Shown: one piece after another, positions 37,343 to 50,515 of the stretch | How positions within the stretch are numbered: the first letter of the stretch is position 1 | Layout: each line of letters starts with the position of its first letter | NCBI RefSeq assembly: GCF_006345805.1 | Contig: NC_043000.1 | Span: 140,988,001-141,052,000, forward strand | Reading direction: 5' to 3' | DNA length: 64,000 bases | Source: Octopus sinensis | Lineage: Eukaryota | The notes under the pieces: model-generated | Databases searched by the model: none | What the model saw: the letters and a program-made list of their open reading frames with translations, nothing else | What the model was told of the DNA's origin: nothing | Program-made: the position numbers and the translations under genes

Positions 37343-38099
37343 AGTGAAATGGGTGTTCAGTAGAGAATGAAGTGGTTCAGGATACTGTGAATGTGGGTGA
37401 CAAAGAGAGTGGTTCCAGTGAGAGTGATAACTGATAGTACAAGAGTAGAAATGAAATATCCACAGTTCTTCTCTCAGATGAGTGAATAATGCTTTAATCA
37501 GAAGAGTGATGAAGGAGTAACTTTGATTTTTTATTACCCACAAGGAGCCAACAAAGAGGGGACAATGCAATCTAATTTTGGGGTCAGATGAGCAAATGAT
37601 TATACAAAAAAGATGACATTAAATATTTTACAAAAATCATCATCATCGTTTAACGTTCGCTTTCCATGCTAGTATGGGTTGGACGGTTCAACTGGGGTCT
37701 GGGAAGCCATAAGGCTGCACCAGGCCCAATCTGATCTGGCTGTGTTTCTACAGCTGGATGCCCTTCCTAATGCCAACCACTCCATGAGTGTAGAAAATAT
37801 AAGAAAATATAATAAAATCAAATGATAGGACAGACCGGAAGACATTATGAATGGAGTGGGTGGGGTTTAATTCGGACCCCATGAGCCCCGCCTCGCCACT
37901 GATGAGTTACATTCTCTGTCGCATTCATGATGAAGGAGTAACTGTTAAGAAGATGAATTAATTTTTTTTATTAACCATAAAGATTGAACACAGATGGGAG
38001 TTAAGAAAATGAATTATCTGAGAGAGACACATCAAGGGCACAGTCATAAAGGATGTGCTTTTAAGGCCTCATATTGTCGATGTGGATGGATTTACTTGA

Positions 38100-38440
38100 G
38101 CACAGCAAATCACCAGCCCTCACGGTGTTTTGTTCAACATCTGGAGCTTATTCTTCACTACTTGCTCACATGCCTTACTGAGTCTTCCTCTTCCACAGAA
38201 TCCACCAACGTGCACTTCTTTATGCAGATTTCCTCATCCATACACATCACATGATCAGACCAGTACAGTCTTCTTTCTTGTACTTACAACAGATTCCTCT
38301 TATGATAAATTTTTCTTGTAACACATTTACACTCTGTAGCACATGTACAAAAATGTTGTACATCCAGTGGGACATGTTAGCTTCATTTCTTTCTAGACTT
38401 CATTTTCTTCTTCATTAACAGCCAAACACAGGGAAACTCC
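38100..38440 (-). mobile_element. Decayed RTE thumb fragment
   Basis: Similar to 15300-15600 (catatcctc / cagtcttctttcttgtac-type segments). Confidence 0.6.
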
Positions 38441-38799
38441 AACTTGCTCATTAAATTTATTGCTGTGCTTACTGCTCTCATTTTACTGACAGCACTTTTA
38501 TACATGGATGCTATCAATCACAGGATTAATTCACCTGTAGCTTTTGTGGTAATCACCAGATGAGGGAGTGAGGGACCCTGCCAAAGGCTTTCTCCTTTCT
38601 CAATAAACCCCCAAAACAGTAAATATGTATGTATGTACTTATGAACGTATGCATGTATATATGTTCTCTTTGCCTTTGTGAAAGAAAGGACCTTGTTTTG
38701 TTCATCATCCCTTAAATCTTAAGGTCCTGCAGATTTTTAGAGTCCCAATTATCATAATAATTTGTAGTGTATGAATTATGGATTTTTATCCTCTCCCAA

Positions 38800-39180
38800 A
38801 GGACTCAAATTCAGCCATACTTTGCTCCAACCAGATTGTTATACCAATAATAATAGGTATCTTGGGTAATGGATTTGCCAACTTCTTATCCATGGTCCAT
38901 AGATATGCACTTTCTCTTGTATTTTTCCTAATAACATTGGTGTCCAGTGGGCAGGTGATTTCTATAACAGCATATATCTTTTCCTTGTGGTTTCACACAA
39001 CAATATCTGGCTGGTTGTGTTTTAAGTTCATGGCTGTTTTAACTTTTAAGCGCCATAAATATTGTTTTCACCCATCTGTTGCAATACAGACAACTTCATC
39101 TGTAGGAGTTTTCTTCTTTGTTATCCTGTTCCAGACTATTCTGGCCATTACATTATGCCACATGTGAAGAAAACATTTGG
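38800..39180 (-). mobile_element. R4/Dong-type LINE restriction-like endonuclease remnant
   Basis: WHNVMARIVW...LKHNQPDIVV*NHKEKIYAVIEITCPLDTNV...PIIIG (RHN, PD..E.x.P motifs). Confidence 0.75.
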
Positions 39181-39294
39181 AAGAGATTTTCTCACAGTTG
39201 GAAAAAATGTGGTTGATGTCATTGGTCTTAGTCTTGCATATGTATGTATGTATGTATGTATGTATGCATTCATCTATCTATCTATCTATGGGTG

Positions 39295-39670
39295 CAGGAG
39301 AAGCTGTGTGGTAAGCATGGGTGCAGGTTCAGTGCCACTGCATGGCACCTTAGGCAAGTGTCTTCTATAGCCTCAGGCCGACCAAAGCCTTGTGAGTGGA
39401 TTTGGAAATGGAAACTGAAAGAAGCCTGTCTTGTATGTATATATATATATATGTATGTGTGTATGTTTGTGTGTCTGTGTTTGTCCCCCCAACATCGCTT
39501 AACAACCGATGTTGGTGTGTTTATGTCCCAGTCACTTAGCGGTTCAGCAAGAGAGAGTGATAGAATAAGTACTAGGCTTACAAAGAATAAGTCCTGGGGT
39601 CGATTTGCTCTACTAAAGGCAGTGTTCCAGCATGGCCACAGTAAAATGACTGAAACAAGTAAAAGAGTGT
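39295..39670 (+). mobile_element. Family A SINE
   Basis: Full head, core, microsatellite and tail organisation. Confidence 0.85.
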
Positions 39671-40240
39671 ATATATATATATACATACATATATATATAT
39701 ATATCGTTCTCAACCAATCTATCTATCTACTTAAGACATGTAGTGTTTCATGAGTGTAACATTTGTTGTAAATTATTTTGAATAAGTTTCACTTCCTGAA
39801 ATATGCAAGCATGTCTAGTGAGCACACAGCAGACTTCAGGTCAGTAAGTAAATACATAAATGAATATGAAAACATGAACAAAATGCAAGCAGAAATATTT
39901 GAATAAGTGTAGAAATAAATGGATTTATTTAATTATCAAAATATTTAAATTAATACTTTTTTATGGTAAACAAAAATCCCTTTTTTTTAAACTCTGTATT
40001 AATTAAGGTGGTCTAACCTTAGATTTGTTAAAGAATTTAAAATAAATTAGCAAATGCCAATCTTACTTTGATTTTAGTTGTTTTAGTTTCTTAGTAATTT
40101 TAGCCTTTTCTTTATTCCTTTATATTTGTGAAGAAGGAAGTTCATTAAAGAAACATTAATTAAAGAATTTAATTTTAATCTTTCCTGAACAGACAGGAAA
40201 TCTGGTTGATTATGTGTGTATTTTTATGCATTTATACATG

Positions 40241-40298
<58 letters not shown>

Positions 40299-40339
40299 GT
40301 ATATAAATATATAGATATATATACATACACACATATACA

Positions 40340-40376
<37 letters not shown>

Positions 40377-40884
40377 TATATAATATATAGATAGATATAC
40401 ATACACACATATATACATACATACATATATATATAAATATGTATATTCATATATATATATATATATATATACATATACATAAATACATGTATATACTTAC
40501 ATAATGCATGTATATGTATATGTGCATGCTTGTATTTATATATCATAAACACACATACACAAACATGCATATCTATATCTGTTGACACATATCCATATAT
40601 GCACACAAATACAAGCTCAAACACTCACATATATAACCACATATACAAAATCACTCATATATAACATCAAGTGTGTTCTATGGTCTTGTTTTCACTGTTT
40701 CCGAAATTTTGCAAGTTTTTAACTCGTTTAGTTCTGTCTAAATACCTATAAACAATGTGGCTGTAGCAACCTATTAAAATGACTGAATACCTTTGATTTG
40801 ATTAGAGCTATAAACTTTGTTAAGCACTTCTGTACACAGATGTGTGTGTATACACACATACATACATATTATATATGTGTATGT

Positions 40885-40921
<37 letters not shown>

Positions 40922-41589
40922 GTGTGTGTGTGTGTATGCATGTTTGTGTGTGTCTGCATGTGTATGTATGATGCATGCATGTATGTGCGGATGTATTTCA
41001 TTAGAAATATGTTAGAATGCAATGGAGAAATATATAGTTTCCTCAAAGATTTTCTAAATAGTTTTTAGCCTTATTTTGCTTTATATATTCAAGTGCTATA
41101 GAAACCGTTTTAAATTATTTCTTTATTATATACAATTTATTTTACTCAAATCTTTTCAATTAATATCCAGTGCTTTTATTAATGTTAAATATCAAAACAA
41201 AAGATTTTGTTTTTGCTGTTTAGTGTGTCACTACAAAGCAATATATTATAAAAATTGGCTGAGTATCTCTGTATGAGCGTCAGCATGTGTATACTTACAG
41301 AGCAGGTGAAATGAAGTGAAATAAGTTAGGGGTTCCTGAAAGCCAGAGGGAGACTATGTTATAAGTATTTCTATATATGTGTACAAGGTCTAGCAGCTAA
41401 GGTTAGTATGGCTAAAGCTAGTTTGATCTGAAACTCTTGGTACACTCTAGCAGATAAATTTTTATTACTATTTGAACAGAATAAAATGACAAAATCAAAA
41501 ATTATGTGCAGCATGTATCCTAATGCCATTACTTGATTTTGTTTTACCCCATTTTATATACATACCGGGACCTTTGGAAATATGCTGTG

Positions 41590-42210
41590 CTTGTGAAGAC
41601 TTGGCAAGCTCAAGTGAGACCATAACCTTGTGGCCTATGCCAGGGGTGTAACCAGCCCACTTATGCATACCTTTCCTTCATTGGACACTAAACTCTGCTT
41701 GCGAAAAACTGATGAGGCAAGTGAAATCGAAATCAAATTCGATGACTGGCATCTGTGCTAGTGGAGCACTAAGAGTACCATACGAGTGTGATCATTGCCA
41801 GAGCAACAATCTGGCCTTCATGTCGGTGGCGCATAAAAGACACCATTTGAGTGTGATCATTACCTGCATTGCCTTACTGGCACTTGTGCTGGTGGCACAT
41901 AAAAAAACATTCAAGTGAGGTCGTTGCCAGTGCAGCTGGACTGGCTCCTGTGCAGGTGGCACATAAAAGGCACCATTTGAGCATGGCCCTTGCTAGTACC
42001 GCCTGACTGACCCTCGTGCCGGTGGCACATAAAAGCACCCACTACATTCTCAGAGTGGTTGGAGTTAGGATAGGGCATCCAGCTGTAGAAACTCTGCCAG
42101 ATCAGATTGGAGCCTGGTGCAGCCATCTGGTATGCCAGACCTCAGTCAATTCGTCCAACTCATGCTAGCACGGAAAGCAGACGTTAAATGATGATGATGA
42201 TGATGATGAT
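41590..42210 (+). mobile_element. RTE 3'UTR copy with (GAT)n tail
   Basis: Homologous to the reverse complement of 14614-15222. Confidence 0.8.
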
Positions 42211-42293
42211 ATATAATGTATATAATTCATTTTCTAGAGATAAAATTTTCTCTGTATACAGGACACATTAAAGTGCTCAATATATTTGAGCCA

Positions 42294-42662
42294 TCTCTCT
42301 ATATATAAACGGCAGTTTGTCTGTGTGTTTCTGTGTGTCTGTCAGGTTGTACTCTCACCCTGACCACGGCTTTCAACCGATTCTGATGAAACTTGACACA
42401 CACATAGCCCAATGTCATAATTCAAAACTAACGCAGCGAAAATTTTGAAAAGTTCCCCCAGTTCTGAAAAAAATCGATAAATTCGACATGGGGTCGAGAA
42501 TCAGAAACACAAACCACAGACTGTCTAGGGGACGCACATCAACCTTTTTAACTAAAAAAAAAATTTACCATCATTTTTTCCCCATTTTTGGCTATAACTC
42601 TCTAAAAATGCTTTATAGTTATTTCCCTTACAAACCCGAGCAACGCCGGGCGATACTGCTAG
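42294..42662 (+). mobile_element. Short non-autonomous Helitron (369 bp)
   Basis: A|TC 5' end (42293|42294); 3' CTAG|T (42659-42662|42663); subterminal hairpin CCCGAGCAACGCCGGG (42635-42650). Confidence 0.85.
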
Positions 42663-42693
42663 TAGGATAATAGAAAAATTAATGATGAAAGAC

Positions 42694-43245
42694 AAAAGAT
42701 AGGTTACTAAAATATATTCTGTTGTAAAATTATTACGTGCACAAAATCATATACTAAAAATATATAAATACACTTAAAAATATATTAAAAATACATTAAA
42801 AATATACAGATGTAAATATATAAAGATGCTAAGAATATTTTAAGAACATACAATATATAATCTTACTTACAATAAAAACGAGATTAAAATTATATACACA
42901 GAATGAGTGGAGTGTAGAAAATATTGTAAATCCATATAGAGGTTTATAATTTGTTAGAGTCTGACTGTAATTTCTGGGGGCATAGTGGTACAAAAGATGT
43001 AATAGATGTAACAGAATGGATTTACAATATTTTGTACACTCTGCCTATTCTGTGCACATAATTTTAATATTGTTTTTATTGTAAGCAGGACTATATATTG
43101 TATGTTCTTAAAATATTCTTAGCATATTTATATAATTCTATATATATATTTTAAACTTATTTTTAATATATCTATATATTTATAGCATATGATTTTGTGC
43201 ACATAATAATTTTACAACAGAATATATTTTCGTAACCTATCTTTT
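42694..43245. repeat. Diverged foldback, ~240-bp arms with an 80-bp spacer
   Basis: aaaagataggttac...tattgtaaatccat versus atggatttacaata...gtaacctatctttt. Confidence 0.8.
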
Positions 43246-43261
43246 CTCTCTCATTCTTATT

Positions 43262-43342
<81 letters not shown>

Positions 43343-43361
43343 CATATATATACACATATAT

Positions 43362-43868
43362 AGGAGTGGCTGTGTGGTAAGTAGCTTGCTTATGAACCAC
43401 ATGGTTCTGGGTTCAGTCCCACTGCGTGGCACTTTGGGTAAGTGTCTTCTACTATAGCCTCTTTTACTTGTTTCAGTCATTTGACTGCGGCCATACTGGA
43501 GCACCGCCTTTAGTCGAGCAAATCGACCCCGGGTCTTATTCTTTGTAAGCCCAGTACTTATTCTCTCGGTCTCTTTTGCCAAACCGCTAAGTGACAGGAC
43601 TTAAACACACCAGCATCGGTTGTCAAGCAATGCTAGGAGGACAAACACAGACACACAAACACACATACATATATATATATGTATATATATATGTATATAT
43701 ATTATACATATATACGACAGGCTTCTTTCAGTTTCCGTCTACCAAATCCACTCACAAGGCATTGGTCGGCCCGGGGCTATAGCAGAAGACACCTGCCCAA
43801 GATGCCACGCAGTGGGACTGAACCCAGAACCATGTGGTTGGTTAGCAAGCTACTTACCACACAGCCAC
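43362..43868 (-). mobile_element. Family A SINE with an inverted copy of its own head (43362-43460) abutting its tail
   Basis: Plus-strand head fused directly to a minus-strand full copy at 43461-43868. Confidence 0.8.
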
Positions 43869-43879
43869 ATAACAAAAGA

Positions 43880-44146
43880 TAAGGGTTTAGCAACAAGTTG
43901 CTTCACCAACATACCAAAGATTTAGAAATAGCAGCCAAAAAGATCTCTATTTCTTTTTCCTACAAAATATGTCTCCACAGATAACAATATTTGTAACTCA
44001 CATTGGTAAAAAGAAGAAAAATAATGTAATCAAACAATATTGTTATCTGTGGAGACATATTTTGTAGGGAAAAAAAAAAGCTGTCTTTTGGCTGCTATTT
44101 CTAAATTTTCGGTATGTTGGTGAAGCAACTTGTTGCTAAACCCTTA
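43880..44146. repeat. Foldback, ~115-bp arms
   Basis: taagggtttagcaacaagttgc...gataacaata versus tattgttatc...gcaacttgttgctaaaccctta. Confidence 0.85.
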
Positions 44147-44279
44147 ATTATTGTCATAATTATATAAAAAACTTTTTATATAAGAATTTACCGAATATGG
44201 TTCTTTTCCAAACTGAAAGCTACTTGGTAAATTTATTAATTTATTCAATTAATAATTCTTTACCCTATATCTGTAAAGA

Positions 44280-44310
<31 letters not shown>

Positions 44311-44538
44311 AAATAGAAAGATGAATAATCTTGTAGCAGATTAAACAAAAGTTTAACCGATACCTTGGTAGCAAAAATCACAGCAGAAGACAGTACGGTT
44401 GGAGGTACAACCATATGGTGTTGCAACCGTGCGTTGGTGCGGATAATTGAAATTAAAATATTATTGGTGAACTAAGAGCCTAGTTCGATTTGTTTTGCTC
44501 CGCCTCTGTTCTGTTTTTGTTTTTTCCAACGGATTTCC

Positions 44539-44631
44539 TATTTCTTCCTGAAGAGAAAGACACAATATGGTCTCATTATTCAATCGGATTTTGGTAAATT
44601 GTGCCTTTCGAAACACGTGTAGAATGAAATA
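44539..44631 (+). ncRNA. Canonical type I hammerhead ribozyme with 12-bp helix II
   Basis: UAUUUCUUC-CUGAAGA-GAAAGACACAAU...AUUGUGCCUUUC-GAA-AC(ACGU)GU-A-GAAUGAAAUA; G10.1-C11.1 pair; predicted cleavage 3' of 44621. Confidence 0.88.
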
Positions 44632-44681
44632 AAACGATTTCTGTTCAATCTTCGTTCAGCTCCATTTCTTCAATTCACCAA

Positions 44682-44748
<67 letters not shown>

Positions 44749-45014
44749 ATCATCGTTTAACGTCCGTTTTCTATGCTGGCATGGGTTGGACGGTTTGACT
44801 GGGGACTGGCAAGTCAGTAGTCTGCACCAGTTCCAATCTGATCTAGCAAGATTTCTACAGCTTGATGCCCTTCCTAATGCCAGCTACTCTGAAAGTGTAG
44901 TGGGCACTTTTTACATGCCACCAGCACACATATATATATATATATACATACAGACATAGACATATTACACACATGCATACATATGCATGTACATGGACCC
45001 ATATACACAAACAA

Positions 45015-45073
<59 letters not shown>

Positions 45074-46077
45074 CATATTTACATATATATATATTGTTGA
45101 ATGAATTAAAACATGGTAAGTCCCTGCCACACTTGGAAGCAAACAAATGTACAGAGCTTTTCAATAAAGTTTTTCTCACAAAATATTGGCAGATTAACAT
45201 ATAGGAATGACCTTTTGAACACTGGCCTTCAGTGCTGCCTTATTGCTATTTCATTACATTTCAATAATCAATGAAGCATAGGTTGCTATAAACAAAACAC
45301 AAAGGGCATCAGTTTCTCTAATGTATTTGTATCTGCTCTGTTTATTTTCTTCTTGATTTTATTAAAAATTTATAGATTAACAAAAACTGCTAATAATGTG
45401 CTTATGTGTTATGCTATATTAAGGTTGACCTCAAATTTTCCTTTTAGCCTTTAAACAGACTGGCAATTGAGAATAGATTATATGCCCATAGCTGCAAAAA
45501 CAATGAGCTGAATATGTGATTAAATGCTTTATTATTCATGTTGCTATCACAATGAATATTGATATGAAGTGTGTAGTAGTAGTAGTAATAATAATACAAT
45601 TGGTTGGAAAAAAAATGAATTGAAATGTTTTTTTGTTTAATTTTATTTTTGTTTTGTTATTTTTTATCTAGTCTAAGATTTATGGATTGCTGTTAAAATT
45701 TTTGTTGAACTGGCTTTACCACAAATCTCGTTTTGAGATGTGAAGGATAAGAAAAGAAAAAAAAAGAGAAGAAAAACGAAAAAAAAATCTATCGAATGGT
45801 ATGTCCCATAAATCACCAAATCATTTGCACGAGTAAAGATATTGTCTTCATCTTGCATCAGGACAAATCAATTTGGTGAAAAGCATTTCTTCCAAGCACT
45901 ATTTATGAGACAATTTGATATTAGCACTACATTTCATGCAGATTAATGCATAGTGAAAAATACATATATGTATGTTTGTGTCTGATGTGCACATATATAC
46001 AAACACACACACATGTGCATGCTTGCACACAAACACATACATGCACGTACATGAACATACACACACACACACATTAC

Positions 46078-46213
46078 TTTGGTCGAATCAGTTTCTTGCT
46101 ATGTTGAGTTTTACCTGTAGATTCACAGAATCTTCTGGTAAATCATAATATAGCTGAAGATCTTTTTGTCATACAGGTAAAACTCAGAGTAGCAAGAAAC
46201 TGATATGACCAAA
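46078..46213. repeat. Small diverged foldback (~45-bp arms)
   Basis: tttggtc..atcagtttcttgct..gagttttacctgta versus tacaggtaaaactc..agcaagaaactgat..gaccaaa. Confidence 0.65.
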
Positions 46214-46329
46214 ATAAAATATATTAATTTAAGTGGAGGTGCAATGGCCTAGTGGTTAGGGCAGCAGACTCACAGTTGTAGGATCATGGTTTCCATTCCC
46301 AGATTGGGTGTTGTGCTAACAAACCACAA

Positions 46330-47345
46330 TGACAGGTAAGGTTTCCATGTAGAGGAGCAGCGTTTTGCCAGCGTGTCTTCATGACTGCACAAAGCTGGTC
46401 TTATTGCTGGAGTCAACTTTGCTCAGATCTTTGAAATGAGGAGAAGCAGGACTGGCACCAGGTCCTGCATTTTGATGCTTTGTTTTCCCAGGAAGAAAAG
46501 GAAATGTTGCTTCATTTCAGATTGTCTTTTAGCTTGTCTTTGAAGCACAAAAGTTGCCTTCTAACTGACCTTCATGTTGGGAATTGGCCAAAGAGAAGTT
46601 GCTTCAGAATTCTGATATCACTCATGCATGAGAGATGACCTGACCATATAAGCTGTATTTTGATGAGGATGACTTCGATACCTGATATGTTGCATTTTGT
46701 TAGCACCTCACTCTTATGTATATGGTCACTCAATTTTATGTTGAAGATAGTACACAAGCATCACATATGAAAAGCATCAAGCTGGTTGATGTGCGTTCAG
46801 TACAGAGTCCAAGCTTCAGCACCATAAAGCAATGTTGTCAAGATCACCAACTTAAATACATCGACTTTCACCTTCAGTGGTACATCGTGGCTGTTATAAA
46901 GCCTGTAGTGAAAGCAAAGCTAGCCTTCCTGATTCTAGATTCAATTTCTTTTCTTTATCCATATTAGCATCATTGAACACAATGGAACCAAGATAAGTCA
47001 AGGAGGAAACAGTTTTCAATGCTTTTCCTATCAACATGTACAGTAGGGGCAACAATGAGAAGATGGTCACAAATAGGCTGATGGACAAGCTCAGTTTTCT
47101 TGATGCTGATGGTCAGAACAAAAGCCTTCAATGCACATGAGAAGTATTTTAGAATCTATTGCATATTCTCAAGAGTGTGTGTTACAAGGGCACAATCATC
47201 TATAAAGAACAAACCTCGAACTGTTTGCTCCAAAGTCTTCGTTTTTGCTTTGAAGCACTGTTGGTTGAACAAGCCACCACCAGTTCTGTATTGAAACTTT
47301 ACTCCTTCTTTAACACCCTCAAATTCTGTTTCCAACATGTCAGAG
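46330..47345 (-). mobile_element. RTE-BovB-like LINE RT/thumb remnant
   Basis: GGLFNQQCFKAKTKTLEQTVRGLFFIDDCALV; LTYLGS; LIWSGHLSCMSDIRILKQLLFGQ. Confidence 0.85.
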
Positions 47346-47357
47346 AAATACAAAGCA

Positions 47358-47394
<37 letters not shown>

Positions 47395-47829
47395 TATATA
47401 TAAATATATATATAAGGGCATTCAGCTGTAGAAACACTGCCAGATCAGACTGGAGCCTGGTGCAGCCTCCTGGCTTCCCAGACCCCGGTCGAACCGTCCA
47501 GCCCATGCTAGCATGGAAAACAGACGTTAAGCGATGATGATGATGATATATATATATCTATGTATATATAATACACACACATATTTATGCACATACATAT
47601 ATATATGTACGTGTGTATGTGTCTGTGCATAATTCTTTGTGTATGTGTGTGTACATGTGTGTATGATGTTCCAGTTTTATTTCTGTTATTAAAATTTCTC
47701 CTATTTCTATATAAAGCTTCTGCAGTTTGGAGCAATAGATTTCCAAGATCCATAATCGAGGTCTCTAGACATTCACAGCCTCATCATCAGGATATGAAAT
47801 ATATTTGATTTCTGTATTGCTACGTTTAT

Positions 47830-50060
47830 CGTAATTGAATTAATGTATATTTTACCACCATAGACTTCTTTACATTAGGCTTCCATGTGAGCAGTCTCAT
47901 GTCAATATAACCAAAACAAGGAGAAATTTGAAATCAAAATTGAAATCGAACAACACTACCAAAACTTAAGATCTTCAAGAGCAAAAATATTATAATATCA
48001 ACAACTCATCTGATGACTTACATCATGGCAAATGTAATAAAAATAGATTCCCACAAAATAACGAACAAATATTAAATAAAAAAAACTAAAAAGTACTACA
48101 CTACTTAAAATATAACATAAAAATTTACAAGTGTGATAAAAGTAATATGTTCCTAATCATGGATAGAGAGGGAGAACATGCAAAAATTAATAATTTGCTC
48201 TCAGTGAGATGAAAATTCACAAAGATCAAGAAATGCAACTCCAAACAATTAGAAGTAAAATTAAATTAATTCCAGCAATAAAGGCACAAATAGGCTCCCC
48301 TTTCAAAATTCTGAAGTGAAGTTCTCTGCAGCACATATAAATGGCCCATTAAAAATACATAAACGAAATAATCCCTTTCTATCATAATACTCCAGATAAA
48401 TACACTTACTCCTTAAATTACGAAGCAAATAGCCAGCGTTATTCACTGGAGAAATACATTTAAAGGTCACATTTTAGAGGGAACCGACAACATTGGTATC
48501 ATCTCTATGTAGAAAGCTTGTTCCTTAATGTCTCAGAAATTATGGAAATTATAATAGAGATCATATATAAGCTCACCAAAATAAAACCACCAGTGATATC
48601 AGTAAACTTATTTAAAAGTCTACTAATGTTATATTTCGTTTTTGGATTTTGCTTGCAAGATTCTTTATATGAGTTTGTGTGTTGAAGCATATTCACTTAT
48701 GTCTGAGGAGAGTCATTTTCTTTTTGTGCCTTATAATTTAACACACTCACCAGTAAAATTTCCACTTATTTCTTATCTTTATTTTCCTAAAATTTTTGTT
48801 GCGTCTTGCAAACTTTTCAATAGTCTTGAAAGTGAAGACTATTGAAAAGGTTGCAAGATGCAATGGAAATTTTAGGAAAATAAAAATAAGAAATAAGTGG
48901 AAATTTTACTGGTGAGTGTGTTAAATTATACGGCACAAAAAGAAAAGACTCTCCCCAGACACAACAGAATAGTAATGTTATGTTTCACTTAAGTATCATT
49001 TCACTGCCCACCGGATGATTTCTACAAATGACAGGAAAGCCATGGGTTCTCACTTTGGAAGTATGTTTATGGCATTCTGTCTATCCAAAATAAGGAAAAG
49101 AATAATATCAAAGCATAAATATATAATATACACCAGACATATTATTTGTAAATTATTTGTTTATGCAGGTATGTTATTTGTAATGTATGTATTAAAACAC
49201 GTTGAGGAACTAAATCATGATTACAAAACGATTCTGTACCAAAATTTAACACCCAGAATAATACAAATGAGATTCTGTTTCCAGACATAAGTATATAGAT
49301 AGGAAAACAGGTAAATTATTTTTGTATGCATCAAAGAATCAAGCAAATGGATAGACCTATACAGAAACTGCAAATACTCATATAAGTATGAAATGTCAGT
49401 GGTAAAATCACTACTTAGAAGGGCATTTGCATTCTTGTCTACAGGTGAGGAGCTTGAAGAAGAAATCCTCAGATTAAAACAAACAATATTATCAACAGAC
49501 ATTCCAAGAAACTTGTAGACCAAGCAACAGATGAAGATAGACACATAAGAATACAAATAATACAGTCAATGAAACACATAAATCACTCATAAAATTTGTT
49601 ATATGAATCAAATGCATAAAACCTATTGAACAGATGAATACATAGTCAAAAACCTCATAAAACCTAACACAAAATGTATCACACATGACCATAAAGTAAA
49701 TCTAATAATATTTACCAAAAAAAATACATCAAAACCGAAAACCCCACTATCAATAACACAGCACAAATGTTGAAACCCATGAAGAAGCTACAAATGACCA
49801 ATAGGATCTAAAAATTTGATCATAAAACTGTGAGTTGTGAATTTCAGGACTTCAGCTGTAACATTGGCCAAAATAGTATATCAATCTTTTTTAAGCTTAC
49901 TATTCAATTACAGTATACTACTCCACACACCATAAAACAATGTTATATAGAAAAATACTAGTGGATAATACAGACATGTTATGTAAAACGCCTCAAACAG
50001 TAAACGATCATGAAAGCAATACTTATTTTAAAACACAATGCTGAAACAAGCATTCAAACA
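47830..50060 (+). mobile_element. Decayed Penelope-like element (RT and GIY-YIG remnants), interrupted
   Basis: KIHKRNNPF (PKIHK motif); EMSVVKSLLRRAFAFLSTGEELEEEILRLKQTIL; EFQDFSCNIGQN (GIY-YIG-like). Confidence 0.7.
48701..48961. repeat. Near-perfect foldback, ~127-bp arms; same family folded at 61648-61829
   Basis: gtctgaggagagtcattttc...caatagtctt|gaaagtg|aagactattg...gactctccccagac. Confidence 0.9.
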
Positions 50061-50084
50061 TTGCAAACATTAACATGTTATGTG

Positions 50085-50243
50085 CAGGAGTGGCTATGTG
50101 GTAAGTAGCTTTCTTATAAACCACATGGTTCTGGGTTCCGTCCCACTGTGTGGCACCTTGGGCAAATGTCTTGTGAGTGGATTTGGTAGACAGAAACTGA
50201 AAGAAGCCCGTCGTATATATGTATCTATATATATATATGTATG

Positions 50244-50294
<51 letters not shown>

Positions 50295-50515
50295 ATGTTT
50301 ATATATATATGTGTGTGTGTATATATATGTGTGTGTGTTTGTATGTTTGACAACCGATGCTGGTGTGTTTACATTCTCGTAACTTAGTGGTTCAGAAAAA
50401 AGAGACCAATAGAATAAGTGCTTGGCTTACAAAGAATCAGTCCTGGGGTCGATTTGCTTGACTAAAGGCGGTGTTCCAGCATGGCCACAGTCAAATGACT
50501 GAAACAAGTAAAAGA
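50085..50515 (+). mobile_element. Family A SINE
   Basis: gcaggagtggctatgtggtaag...acaagtaaaagag. Confidence 0.85.

Noticed and set aside
37899-37946. CTGATGA followed by a GTTAC...GTAAC stem
   Set aside because: No GAAA after the stem and no helix I or III; likely chance.
38778-39167. 129-aa hydrophobic ORF resembling a membrane receptor
   Set aside because: It is the antisense of the R4/Dong endonuclease remnant.
41719-41750. CTGATGA...GAAAT in the RTE 3'UTR
   Set aside because: Helix II does not pair and the motif is absent from the homologous copy near 15000-15030.
42383-42392. CTGATGAAAC inside the Helitron
   Set aside because: No helix II or flanking helices.
45672-45798. Plus-strand segment with a strong acceptor and gtatgt donor
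   Set aside because: Stops in all frames; without RNA data it cannot be distinguished from chance splice-like motifs in AT-rich DNA.
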